From Octopus vulgaris (Eukaryota): 64,000 nt of DNA. The notes under the pieces are model-generated. The model searched no databases. It was given only the letters and a program-made list of their open reading frames with translations, and had not been told where the DNA came from. Each line of letters begins with the position of its first letter. The first letter of the stretch is position 1. The DNA lies in NCBI GenBank assembly GCA_951406725.2, contig OX597819.1, positions 130,262,001 through 130,326,000 on the forward strand, in the 5' to 3' direction. Below, piece by piece: positions 47,344 to 60,178 of the stretch. Both the position numbers and the translations under genes were made by a program.

Positions 47344-47441
47344 GCACACACATTTATACTTGCATACATATATACATACATATACACATATATTCATATT
47401 TATACATATATACATATATATATATATAAACATACATATGC

Positions 47442-47479
<38 letters not shown>

Positions 47480-47879
47480 GTGTGTGCGTATATATGTATA
47501 TATACATACACACACTTACACTTATATATATATGTGCATAGGTATTGTATAAATGTTTGTACATCGAAATATACAGGAAGGTATCTCGGAATAATTAAGA
47601 GTTATGCGTTCTTCGCGATTCTGATACCCTCATTCCGTTCCCACGCATTAGATGAATGCTACCCAAACCGGGTGCGTTAGGTGTAAATTCAGGCGGTGGA
47701 ACACCAACAAATGAGCCCATCCGTTGGACTATGACACATTTCAGAGTCTGGACCGCTGGTCAAGCCGGAATATTACGCTGTCTCTGTAACATTCCGCTAT
47801 GTAATATTGTGAGTGTGTGTCCCGATGTGTATGTGTATATATATATATATATAGATATATATCTGTGTGTGTGTGTGTT

Positions 47880-47929
<50 letters not shown>

Positions 47930-47956
47930 ATATATATATATATATATCTGTGTGTG

Positions 47957-48012
<56 letters not shown>

Positions 48013-48301
48013 CATTATTGTTTTTACGTATTTTTGTATTCCTATTCGTGTAACATCGTCCGGTTTTCCGTCCTTATTTTGTATACATTCGAGGCTTTCT
48101 TCCAAGGAATCTTATGCGCTTGGCTTAGATTTTCCTCTGGGGGCTGGCCATATCGGAGCAATCTCAAGATTAATCAGCCGAAATTGCGAAGATGATCCGG
48201 TCTTTGACTGAAGATTGAAGGCTTCGACTGTCCCGTCCGTGTTTTTTGTATCGTCTTCTAAATGTTTCACGTTCTTGTCCCAGTTTGTATTTTTTTACAT
48301 T

Positions 48302-48334
<33 letters not shown>

Positions 48335-48338
<4 letters not shown>

Positions 48339-48393
48339 CTGAAGAGATGGCGGCGTGGATTTCCACCTCGGCATCCGAAACTCGCAGTTTTAT
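48335..48393 (+). ncRNA. Type I hammerhead ribozyme motif with canonical core
   Basis: ATAA-CTGAAGA-GATGgcggcGTGGatttCCACctcggCATC-C-GAAA-CTcgcAG-TT-TTAT: helices I-III all form; GUU cleavage triplet. Confidence 0.7.
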
Positions 48394-48666
48394 CATGGCT
48401 ACCGAATAATTGTCACATATTATATTTACAGATAAATTCCTTTATTTACATAATATCGAGGTCTCTTTCTTTCTTTTGTTATTTTACAGTTTTTTTTTTT
48501 TCAATATATATATATACATACACATATATATATATATGAATATACTTATAGGTATATATGTATCTGACTATGTATATGTCTGTGTAATATATACAAATAT
48601 ATATGTATGCATGTTGTACATGTTTCTGTGCATATATTTGTGTATATTATATATGCATATTTATAA

Positions 48667-48697
<31 letters not shown>

Positions 48698-48772
48698 GGT
48701 ATATATATATAGACTTACATATCTACACATATATAGCTATATATATATGCATTTATATATATATATATATGC

Positions 48773-48817
<45 letters not shown>

Positions 48818-48838
48818 TTTATATATATATATATATGC

Positions 48839-48888
<50 letters not shown>

Positions 48889-48907
48889 TATATATATATA
48901 TATATGC

Positions 48908-48952
<45 letters not shown>

Positions 48953-48962
<10 letters not shown>

Positions 48963-49041
48963 TATAGAAGGAGCTTCTACAGGACTAGAACTGTTTCATT
49001 CAGTTCTAGTCCTGTAGAAGCTCCTTCTATATAATAAATTA
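48953..49041. repeat. Perfect 41-bp inverted repeat with 7-nt loop
   Basis: taatttattatatagaaggagcttctacaggactagaactg tttcatt cagttctagtcctgtagaagctccttctatataataaatta. Confidence 0.92.
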
Positions 49042-49105
49042 ATTTTACTCTGCTATGTATTGAGTACCTTATTTACTGTGGTTAACCCCGAATCAACCCG
49101 GGACC

Positions 49106-49142
<37 letters not shown>

Positions 49143-49233
49143 GTATGTATATATATACGTGTGTGCGCGTGTGTATGTGTGTGTGTGTGTTTGAGTGTGT
49201 GTATGTATATATATATATGTATTTATTTGTATG

Positions 49234-49265
<32 letters not shown>

Positions 49266-49699
49266 CACATATATATACATACGTATTTACATTTATGCAA
49301 AAATACATTTATGTATTAGTATATGTATATGTGTGTGTGTGTTTGTGTGCGAGTGCGTGTGTATAAATGTGTTTATATTCATATATTAATCTATATGTAT
49401 TTATATGATTGTCTATATATACGTATTCTGATATGCACGTGTACATTCATATATATATATATATATATATATAGTACAAAGTAAGATAGGGGTTATGGAT
49501 GTAACCCACTATGGGATATCATTTATCCAATATACAGTTGGTAAAGTACCCAAATTCTTAATACATAAATGTTTTTAATTGCAATGCAATTAATTCATTT
49601 ATTGTATTAAACGGGTGAAAGTAAAGAAATATTTTTACCGTAAATTTATAATACAAATAAGAAAATGGAGAAACATATTTGGTTTGTTCATCAACTTAC

Positions 49700-49757
<58 letters not shown>

Positions 49758-49881
49758 CTATATACACAAACACACATGCACATATGTTTACATGTATATT
49801 TATACATAAATATATATTTGTATGTATATATATATATATATGTATATATATATGTATTTATTTATACATATATATGTGTGT

Positions 49882-49917
<36 letters not shown>

Positions 49918-50006
49918 GTGTGTGTATGTATTTATATATACATGCATTCATATACGCATACATACATACTTACTCCTATTTGTCGTCTTCTGAGTGTGAA
50001 TATCTA

Positions 50007-50070
<64 letters not shown>

Positions 50071-50258
50071 AACACATACATATCCGCTTGGAAGTCTCTT
50101 CATTTTAAGTTTCCCTTCATATTCTAATAAATATCCTTGTACTTTCAACGTGCAGTTCTCTCTAAAAGAATCGTGATTTATATTTCCACTCATTATATAT
50201 ATATATCTACGTGTTATTATTTTCTTTTCTTTCTATCCACCTGTCTTTTTGTCTATCC

Positions 50259-50341
<83 letters not shown>

Positions 50342-50350
50342 CTTACATAC

Positions 50351-50382
<32 letters not shown>

Positions 50383-50876
50383 ATACATATATTTATATAC
50401 ATTATTATGTTTGACCTTAAAGTTTCTTATGTGGTGGTTTAATAAAGTATGTGATTGAGTATTATCTGGTAATTGATATTTGATTTAGATGTATTTCTCC
50501 ATTTTCTTATTTTGCATATATTTACATATATATTTATATATTTATATATTTATATATACACATAGGTATATAATCATGCATAAGTATATATGTATAAACA
50601 TATATATTAATAAATACATATGTGTGTGTGTGTAGAAAACGCTATGTGTGCTTTTAAGTTGTGTATAGCGTACGTATATACGTATATAATGTACATTACA
50701 TATCAAGCGTTAAACATCATTTATTTATATATATATATATTCATATATTATCATTTATAAACACATTTATTCAACATCTAATATTTATATACGTGTGTCT
50801 GTGTGTTCGCCTCTCTGCGTGTCCCACATTTGTTATGTATATTTGTATGTATGTTTGTTTGTGCATATATATATTT

Positions 50877-50908
<32 letters not shown>

Positions 50909-51314
50909 GCTTGCGCTCGTTGAATTCCTAGGTATACTGTCAACATTGCAGATGGGTATGCCAGTTTTTGAGGCACACTTATATGCATACACATTCGTAT
51001 ATGTATACATGTATACGAGTTGTTGTGTATATATATATATATACATATATACGCATACACTTATATGGATATATGTCTATGTACGCATGTTCCTGTGAGT
51101 ATATATATACATGTATAAATGTTGATATCCAAGATTTTTTTTTCTGGAAAGCAAACAGCATGCAATAAATTTTTTGTAAAATGTAGCAAATTTTGTAAAC
51201 AAACCTCTTTCTCTCTTTTCCTCCTTCTTTCTTTCTCTCTCTCTCTCTCTCTTTCTCCCTTTCTCTCTCTTTCTTTCTCTCTAACACGCACACACTCATT
51301 AATTAAGAACTCAC

Positions 51315-51699
51315 CTTGTCTGGATGCATCTTTAGTGATCAGTGCCCTCTGTGGTGAACTTAGGGTAAAAGCATTTGCGGCGGCTGACCCAAGTGAATCT
51401 ATAAAAGCCGGCCTCCACGTACTGTAAGGTATTGGGTTTGAGTCCTTAAACGGTGTCCCATGGCCCGGCGAAACGAGGGGTCTTGAGATATAAGCCGATG
51501 TCGATAGGAGAACATCTCCTTGAGTTACGGGTCTGGATTTGGGGCTTTCAGTGTTACTCAGCCCTAACAGTTCCTGTATGGCAAACGGTGAACGTTGCTG
51601 CAAGGCCGGGTGTGCAGCAAAGGAACCCGCAGCGAAACTAAAAGAATCTGTTGAAGACACCGCCAGAGCTCCATAAGTCGGTCGTACAAAATTCATCAT
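51315..51699 (-). CDS. Vsx: First coding exon of a Vsx/Chx10-like paired-class homeobox gene (N-terminal region with eh1/octapeptide); homeodomain and CVC exons not found in window
   Basis: Non-repetitive ORF MMNFVRPTYG...QQRSPFAIQELLGL...DASRQ. FAIQELLGL matches the Vsx octapeptide (FxIxxLLGL). An in-frame TGA lies upstream of ATG 51699. Strong donor CAAG|GTGAGT at 51315/51314 (phase 1), after which the ORF runs into simple repeats. The symbol rests on the octapeptide alone. Confidence 0.75.
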
Positions 51700-52114
51700 C
51701 TCGTCTCGAGCGTTTCCACTAGATTGACACGACTCCCTCCTGTCGTAGTCGTAGCAGTCGTAGACGTCGTAGCCGTGGTCGTAGTCTCAGTCGTAGCCGT
51801 GGTCGTAGACGTTCTCTTGCCGTCACCGCCTTCGTGCCCGCCGCCGCCGCCGCCGCCGCCGCCACTGCTACCGACGTCGTAACTGTTTGCCGATGTAGTG
51901 GTGGAGGTGGTGGAGGTTGTGATGGTGGTGGTGGTGGTGGTTGGTGGTGGTGGTATTGTTAGTGATGGTGGTGAAAGCGATAGTGCTGACTGAGGGAACT
52001 CGGCGTTGCCGTTGCCGTCGTCGCAACTGTCGTGGTGGTCGTGGGCGGAGTGTGAGGGACAGTGTCAGTGGAAGTGGGACGGGCAAAAAAGGGGTTGACT
52101 ATAGCAGCAGTGGC

Positions 52115-52155
<41 letters not shown>

Positions 52156-52470
52156 TGGTGGTGGGTGGTGGTATTAGCAGCGACCGTTGTATTATTTTCA
52201 TAAGAGTAGCGGTAGTTATAGCAGCAGCGACAGCAGCAGTAGCAAAATCAGCAGCAGCAGCATCAGCAGCAGCAGCAGCGGTAGTAACAATAGCAGCAGC
52301 AGCAGCAGCTGGAGGTGGTGTTGTTATTATTGATGCGGTTACGAAGATGGAGATAATTGTCACCTTCAGGGGTGAGGAAAAATAAGGATAACCGTATTAC
52401 TGGTGGCTGCTGGCGGCGGCGGCGGCGGCGTTGGTAGGTGGTGGTGGTGGTGGTGGTAGTAGTAATCTTC
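51700..52470. repeat. GC-rich trinucleotide low-complexity block (GTC/GCC/GGT/GTA/GCA) in the putative 5' UTR or proximal upstream region of the Vsx-like gene
   Basis: Runs of gccgccgcc, ggtggtggt, agtagtagt and gcagcagca directly upstream of the ATG. Confidence 0.7.
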
Positions 52471-52487
52471 AACCGAAACGCAGCCCG

Positions 52488-54369
52488 GATGGAGCCAGAC
52501 CCATGATCGAAGGAGCTCCACTCGTGCCCATCACGTCTGTTCCACATTTGCAAACAAGCCAGGACCCTTTTATTCAACGTGTTCTGTTTTTATTTTTAAG
52601 GCGTTGGAACCAGACCCATGATCGAAGGAGCTCCACTCGTGCCCATCACGCCTGTTCCACATTTGCAAACAAGCCAGGACCCTTTTATTCAACGTGTTCT
52701 GTTTTTTTTTTTTAAGGCGTTGGAACCAGACCCATGATCGAAGGAGCTCCACTCGTGCCCATCACGTCTGTTCCACATTTGCAAACAAGCCAGGACCCTT
52801 TTATTCAACGTGTTCGTTTTTTTTTAAGGCGTTGGAACCAGACCCATGATCGAAGGAGCTCCACTCGTGCCCATCACGCCTGTTCCACATTTGCAAACAA
52901 GCCAGGACCCTTTTATTCAACGTGTTCTGTTTTTTTTTTTTAAGGCGTTGGAACCAGACCCATGATCAAAGGAGCTCCTCTCGTGCCCATCACGTCTGTT
53001 CCACATTTGCAAACAAGCCAAGACCCTTTTATTCAACGTGTTCGTTTTTTTTTTTTAAGGCGTTGGAACCAGACCCATGATCAAAGGAGCTCCACTCGTG
53101 CCCATCACGTCTGTTCCACATTTGCAAACAAGCCAGGACCCTTTTATTCAATGTGTTCTTTTTTTTTAAGGCGTTGGAACCAGACCCATGATCGAAGGAG
53201 CTCCACTGTGCCCATCACGTCTGCTTTTTTTTAAGGCGTTGGAACCAGACCCATGATCGAAGGAGCTCCACTCGTGCCCATCACGTCTGTTCCACATTTG
53301 CAAACAAGCCAGGACCCTTTTATTCAACGTGTTCTTTTTTTTTTTAAGGCGTTGGAACCAGACCCATGATCGAAGGAGCTCCACTCGTGCCCATCACGTC
53401 TGTTCCGCATTTGCAAACAAGCCAGAACCCTTTTATTCAACGTGTTCTGTTTTTTCTTTTTTAAGGCGTTGGAACCAGACCCATGATCGAAGGAGCTCCT
53501 CTCGTGCCCATCACGTCTGTTCCACATTTGCAAACAAGCCAGGACCCTTTTATTCAACGTGTTCGTTTTTTTTTTAAGGCGTTGGAACCAGACCCATGAT
53601 CAAAGGAGCTCCACTCGTGCCCATCACGTCTGTTCCACATTTGCAAACAAGCCAGGACCCTTTTATTCAACGTGTTCTGTTTTTTTTAAAGCGTTGGAAC
53701 CAGACCCATGATCAAAGGAGCTCCACTCGTGCCCATCACGTCTGTTCCGCATTTGCAAACAAGCCAGGACCCTTTTATTCAACGTGTTCTTTTTTAAGGC
53801 GTTGGAACCAGACCCATGATCGAAGGAGCTCCACTCGTGCCCATCACGTCTGTTCCACATTTGCAAACAAGCCAGGACCCTTTTATTCAACGTGTTCTTT
53901 TTTTTTTAAGGCGTTGGAACCAGACCCATGATCGAAGGAGCTCCACTCGTGCCCATCACGTCTGTTCCGCATTTGCAAACAAACCAGGACCCTTTTATTC
54001 AACGTGTTCTGTTTTTCTTTTTTAAGGCGTTGGAACCAGACCCATGATCAAAGGAGCTCCACTCGTGCCCATCACGTCTGTTCCACATTTGCAAACAAGC
54101 CAGGACCCTTTTATTCAACGTGTTCTGTATTTTTTTTAAAGGCGTTGGAACCAGACCCATGATCAAAGGAGCTCCACTCGTGCCCATCACGTCTGTTCCA
54201 CCTTTGCAAACAAGCCAGGACCCTTTTATTCAACGTATTCTGTTTTTTTAAGGCGTTAGAACCAGACCCATGATCGAAGGAGCTCCACTCGTGGCCATCA
54301 CGTCTGTTCCACATTTGCAAACAAGCCAGGACCCTTTTATTCAACGTGTTCTTTTTTTTTTAAGGCGTT
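52488..54369. repeat. Tandem array (minisatellite) of 17 copies of a ~108-117 bp unit, one copy internally deleted to 65 bp
   Basis: cagacccatg recurs at 52496, 52611, 52727, 52839, 52955, 53070, 53181, 53246, 53359, 53476, 53589, 53701, 53809, 53921, 54037, 54152 and 54263. Length variation is mainly in the oligo(T) tract. Confidence 0.97.
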
Positions 54370-54916
54370 AATATGTGATTTAAAGGATGATTGGGTGCTA
54401 TTTCTCGCAGGTTGAACGACCACGTTGTGAGTGTTCTCGTTAGCCCGTGCAGGCGGTGATGGTGTTGGTGTGAGCAGTTGGGATGGTGTTGCTGGTGGTG
54501 GTAGCGGTGGTGGTTGTGGCGATATGGTTGTGGTGGTGGCGATGTGGTTGTGGTGACGGTGGTGGTGGCTATGGCAAAGATAATAGTTGTGATGTGGTTG
54601 TTGGTTGTGGTTGACGTGGTAGTGCTGATGGTGGTGGTGGTGGTGGTGGTGGTGGTGGTGGTGGGGTTGTTGTGATGGCAGTAGGGATGATGTGTTGGAG
54701 GTGATAGTGATGGTGGTGTTATTGGTGTCAGTATTATAATGGTGATATTGGTGGTGGTGGTGGTGGTGGTGGTGATACTACTGCTGCTGCTGCTGCTACT
54801 GCTGTTGCTGCTGCCGATGATGATGATGATGATGGCGGTGTTGTTTATGTTTATGCTGATGATGGTGTTAGTGTTAGAAACGCTGCTTCTATTATTAGTA
54901 ACGGATTAATGTCGGC

Positions 54917-56330
54917 CAGCTGGCAGAATCTTTGGGAGTTTTGGAGAAACCAAAATATCTCGGTAGTATTTTCTTCAAGCATTTTTACGTTCTGAGTTCA
55001 CATCCTACCGAAGTCAACTTTACTGGTTATCCTTTCGGGGCCGATAAAAATAAGCACCAGCTGAGCACAGAGCTGGAGCAATGGCCTAGTTCTTCCCCAT
55101 GTATTTCAGGCCTTGTACTTGTAGTAGAACGAATTAAAGGCAGAACTTTATCTTTTATTCTTTCGGGGTCATTTACCTGTCAGATACTGAGGTGGATGGC
55201 GCGACTTACCCCATTCTGTGATAACTGAAGCTTTGTTCCTCAAATGGGCTGGCAGAATGGTTAGCACGTCGGCAAAAATGCTTATCGGCATTTTTTCCAG
55301 TTCTTTACGTCCTGAGTTCAAATCCCAACGAAGTCGACTTTACCTTTCTTTCTTCCAGGAGCAATGAAATAGTACCTGTTAAGCACAGGAGTCGATGTAA
55401 TTGACTTTCTCTCCTCCCCTGAAATTTCTGACCTTGTGTCAAAATTTTAAACCATTATTATCCGCAGTATAAAGTAGAAAAGTTGGCAAAACCGTTAGGC
55501 TGTCGAATAACAAGCTTTGCAGTATTTCTTCCATTATTTTTTACGATCTAGGATCAAATCTCACCGAGGCCAACTTTATCTTTTATTCTTTCGGGGTCAT
55601 TTACCTGTCAGGTACTGAGGTGGATGGCGCGACTTACCCCATTCTGTGATAACTGAAGCTTTGTTCCTCAACCAGAAACTATTTTTCAAGGCGGTGACCA
55701 AGTCTTTACAAAGTCAAGGGGAAATATGCCCCCCGGTATTGGTTCCGCTTTTTACAAACAGTGTTAAATTCTCGCCGAAACCAATTTTGCTTTTCATTCT
55801 TCCGGGTCGATAAAATAAATTTCCGGTTAAGTATCTGAGTCGACGGTATCGACTTACCCCAAACTGTCAAAACCCCTTACTCAGTGCCTAAATTTAGCAA
55901 CCATTTTTAAAGGGCAGTGGATTTGCCAGAATCTTTTGAGCTCCGGATGAAATCTTGACACTATTTCTTCTGGATGCTTACATTCAGAGATCAAATCACG
56001 CTGATGTGAAGTTTGCTTTTCATCTCCACTTACTCTACCTTAGCAGTAGACAAAATAAAGTATCAGTTAATTACTGAGGTCGAAATAATCAATTATCTTC
56101 CTTCCCATTAAAAAATTGCTAACTTTGTGCCTAAATAAGAAACCATTGTGAATAGTTTGATTGACCAGATCCTTAGAGCGTCGCAAAAAGACTTTGCAGC
56201 ATTGCGTCCGCCTCTTTACGTTTTGTGTTCAAGCCCTGCTGAGGTCAGTTTTGTCCTTCATCCTTCTAGGGTTGATAAAATACTCGACCAAGAACTGTTG
56301 TCGATGTAATTGCCTAATCTCCGTGAAGCA
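54917..56330 (+). mobile_element. Old head-to-tail array of about six degenerate SINE-B units
   Basis: Repeated gctggcagaa-like heads and ctttcattcttccggg/gtcgataaaa-like domains every ~220-330 bp. Confidence 0.65.
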
Positions 56331-56759
56331 CAAGACCAGCAATTTCCAGCCATGCTTTGCAACAAATGTATTATTTATGATCAGGTTGGTGGTTTCTGTT
56401 AGGCAAGTGGCTTCTATTATAGCCCAGGACCCACCAATGTCTTATGATTGAATTTGGTAGACAGAAACTGTGGAAGGCATATGTGTGTGTGTGTGTGTAT
56501 CTATGCGTGTATATGCATGTGCGTTCGATTAATGCTCTTCGTGGCGGTACCCCAGCATGGCCGCTGTCCAGTGGATGAAACAAGTAAGAGATAAAAGAGA
56601 AAAAGAGAACAGATTGAAAGACAATTCGTGTCCGAGTTACGGATACTACTTGGGAAGTTGTAACTTCCTTTCACGTTACGAGAGAAGAGTGAGAAGAGAA
56701 GACAAAAGTCAGCTGTGCAGTTGCTGACCTGCTCCACAATTAGGCAACAATGTTTAGGC

Positions 56760-57087
56760 CAGTGGGTCTCAACCATTTTTTATCTATGGACCCATTTGAT
56801 TACTATTTTGTCCTGGTGGACCCCATATTCGTTTGATGTTTAAACACTAGTTTTATTTGTACTTCTTTCAAAATTCCTATTTCGTTCATCATGCATTCAC
56901 TTGTGTAGGCTGTACTACGCAAAACGCTAGAGAAAGAAACCTAACCGTTTCTTGCAATTAATACATCTAGAGCAAAATTTTCCCATGGCCCCTTAAAAAA
57001 ACTTAATTTGCTATTTTGCTTATGTGAACCCGCAAAAATCTTATATAGACCCCCAATGGTCATATGAACTCCAGTTGGGAACTGCTG
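56760..57087. mobile_element. hAT (Charlie-like) MITE
   Basis: Termini cagtgggtctcaac / gttgggaactgctg resemble CAGTGGTTCTCAAC TIRs; flanking 8-mers gtttaggc and gttaagac match 6/8 (decayed TSD). Confidence 0.65.
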
Positions 57088-57523
57088 GTTAAGACCATGT
57101 TTCTTTGGTTCTCCCTGATCAAATGCGGGTATCATAGCTATCTCTGGAATAAAGGGATAACACTGGTACCCTCACGTGAGCGACCACCGAATCTTTCTAT
57201 TGCCATTGTTTGGAAAAGAACCGATCAATATCCGAAATTGTCTACGTGCAGGTTTGCATATTTCCAGGTGCTCAAACCTCTATGGTCCAATATTCCCCAT
57301 CACCAATATCTATTGTCATTCCACGGTGAGTTTTCCAGAAGGTTCTAAGGCACGGAACAATTAGAGGAACTTTGTCCGACGCAGAAATTACGGAAGCCAC
57401 TTAAAGATATCGTATATTCTGTTTTTGATAGTAACTAAAGCTACTGCAATGTTGGAAGCATTTCCATATCTTCAACAGGTACCTGTGTAGCTTAGTGGTG
57501 AGTGTATTCGGTTCACGATCGCA

Positions 57524-58789
57524 TGCCTTTCCAATTTGATGATGTTCAGCCGCTTGTTTGCCGGCTTCCCTTGTGGTCGCAACCGGGGTTAGATATGCAT
57601 GTCGAGTTTTGCGAGGCTGAGTCTGGGATCTGTCAAGCATTCTGTGTCACACGTAGCCTTTGTCACCTTACGCATACACACACACATATATGTATATATA
57701 TAAGGCGGCGAGCTGGCAGAAACGTTAGCACGCCGGGCGAAATGCGTAGCCGTATTTCGTCTGCCATTACGCTCTGAGTTCAAATTCCGCCGAGGTAGAC
57801 TTTGCCTTTCATCCTTTCGGGGTCGATTAAGTACCAGTTACACACTGGAGTCGATGTAACCGACTTAATCCCTTTGTGTGTCCTTGTTTGTCTCCTCTAT
57901 GTTTAGCCCCTTGTGGGCAATAAGGAAATATATATGTATATATTGGTCAACTAGAAGTTACATGACAATTGCTCAAAATGCCTCGTGGTGGGAGCGAACG
58001 CAGGGCCAGATGGTTGCAATACACACACAACCTCGCACACAAACATACACCCAAGCACACACATACACACGTACTCGCACACGGACACGCACACACGCAT
58101 GCACAAACTCGCACCGCAAACTTGCACACTTGCCCACGCACACGCAAACACACAAACGCATACAAACACACACACACGTGGTAGTGGGGTTGTGTTCCTG
58201 TGGATGTGTGCCTCTAGTTCCCTACATTCATATATTATCTAGCTGTATCTCATAGACTTAAGCAACATTGAGTGTACAAGAAGTGCTTATTGCAACCATC
58301 TGTCCCTGCGTTCGCTTCCACCACGAGGCATTTTGAGCAATTGTCATGTAAGTAACTTCTAGTTGACCAATATATACATATATATTTCCTTATTGCCCAC
58401 AAGGGGCTAAACATAGAGGAGACAAACAAGGACACACAAAGGGATTAAGTCGGTTACATCGACCCCAGTGTGTAACTGGTACTTAATCGACCCCGAAAGG
58501 ATGAAAGGCAAAGTCGACCTCGGCGGAATTTAAACTCAGAGCGTAATGGCAGACGAAATACGGCTACGCATTTCGCCCGGCGCGCTAACGTTTCTGCCAG
58601 CTCGCCGCCTTATATATATACATCTATGCGTGTGTGTATGCGTAAGGTGACAAAGGATACGTGTGACACAGAATGCTTGACAGATCCCAGACTCAGCCTC
58701 GCAAAACTCGACATGCGTATCTAACCCCGGTTGCGACCACAAGGGAAGCCGGCAAACAAGCGGCTGAACATCAGCAAATTGGAAAGGCA
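57524..58789. repeat. Long inverted repeat: arms 57524-58021 and 58288-58789, 266-bp spacer, each arm containing a SINE-B
   Basis: tgcctttccaattt...gatggttgcaata is mirrored by tattgcaaccatc...aaattggaaaggca with few differences. Confidence 0.95.
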
Positions 58790-58842
58790 CAATGTGAAAC
58801 AGAACCTCAGCGAAGACTTGAGCAGCAAGTTGACGGACGAAC

Positions 58843-59256
58843 ATTATTTCTTTACTGCCCACAAGGGGCTAAACATAGAGGGGACAAACAAGAACAGACA
58901 AAGGGATTAAGTCGATTACATCGACCCCAGTGCGTAACTGGTACTTAATTTATCGACCCCGAAAGGATGAAAGGCAAAGTCGACCTCGGCGGAGTGTGAA
59001 CTCAGAACGTAGCGACAGATGAAATACCTATTTCTTTACTACCCACAAGGAGCTAAACACAGAGGGGACGAACAAGGTCAGACAAACGGATTAAGTCGAT
59101 TACATCGACCCCAGTGTGTAACTGGTACTTAATTCATCGGCCCCGAAAGAATGAAAGGCAAAGTCGATCTCGGCGGAATTTGAACTCAGAACGTAACGGC
59201 AGACGAAATACGCATTTCGCCCGGCACCGCTAACGTTTCTGCCATCTCGCCGCCTT
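58843..59256 (-). mobile_element. Two tandem SINE-B units
   Basis: tatttctttact.cccacaagg recurs at ~58845 and ~59029; the head is complete only in the second unit. Confidence 0.85.
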
Positions 59257-59276
59257 ACGGGCGAAGATTATTATTT

Positions 59277-59510
59277 GGCGCATGCCTTAGTAGTTAGTGT
59301 GTTATTGCATTAATGATCGTAAGATTGTGATTTCGATTCCTGGACAGGGTGATGCATTGTGTTCTTGAGCAAAACACTTCATTTTCCCTCGCTCCACCAC
59401 TCTCAACTGTTAAAAATGAGTAATCCTTCGACAGACCGGAGAAGATATACGCTACAGAATCCGGGAAACCGACCTTATGAGCTTGTGACTCGGGAAGAAC
59501 CTTTGAACCT
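59277..59510 (+). mobile_element. Degenerate tRNA-headed SINE
   Basis: ggcgcatgccttagtagttag ... tttcgattcc ... tgtgttcttgagcaaaacactt; a related truncated head lies at 57485-57521. Confidence 0.55.
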
Positions 59511-59810
59511 CTTTTTATATACGTAAACACACACACATAACTACAATTATGTACAATAGCAGATAGGTGTTGTCTTCCTTATAAAAGATTACCAAGCCAT
59601 AACTCTAGTGAGATCGATCACACTTTTCTTTCGTCAATTAGAAATTTTTTTTTTCACTGTAAATCTAAATTTTTATGGTTATCAAAGTTACACATTGTAT
59701 TGTTGTATAACATTCCGAATTATCCAGTAAACACTCTGTAATACATTATTAATGTAGTATTTACGTAGTCAGAGTTCTAATCTCTTCTGACATCATTGCT
59801 GCGCTTGGTG

Positions 59811-60178
59811 ATGTTGATGTTGAGCGAAGCGGAGAAGTCTGTGGTGGGAGAAGTCCGAAACGTGGTCCTTTGCTATTCGTAAGACCCGCAGAAGAGAAAG
59901 CAGGTCAACCCCCGACACCGAGAGCATCGACGGATGAATGAATGCGCATCCAGGCTCAGCGGTTGCATAGGAAGTCGGGGACAAGAAACAGGAAGAAAGA
60001 GTGAGAGAAAGTTGGGGCGAAAGAGTACAACAGGGGTCGCCACCACCCCCTGCCGGAGCCTCGTGGAGCTTTAGGTGTTTTTCGCTCAATAAACACACAC
60101 AACGCCCGGTCTGGGAATCGAAACCGCAATCCTCCGTCCGCGAGTCCTCTGCACTAACCACTGGGCCATTGCGCCTCC
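59811..60178 (-). mobile_element. Full-length young tRNA-derived SINE (family C) with 14-bp TSD
   Basis: Head ggaggcgcaatggcccagtggttag (A box) ... ggtttcgattccc (B box); short caacat tail repeats; perfect direct repeat tgctgcgcttggtg at 59797-59810 and 60179-60192. Confidence 0.85.

Noticed and set aside
51868-52385. Poly-His/Thr/Ala ORFs as an N-terminal extension of the Vsx-like protein
   Set aside because: An in-frame TGA lies upstream of ATG 51699 and I saw no convincing splice linking them; treated as low-complexity sequence
52488-54369. CRISPR array or coding repeat
   Set aside because: No unique spacers, no cas genes, eukaryotic context; variable T tracts shift the frame between units
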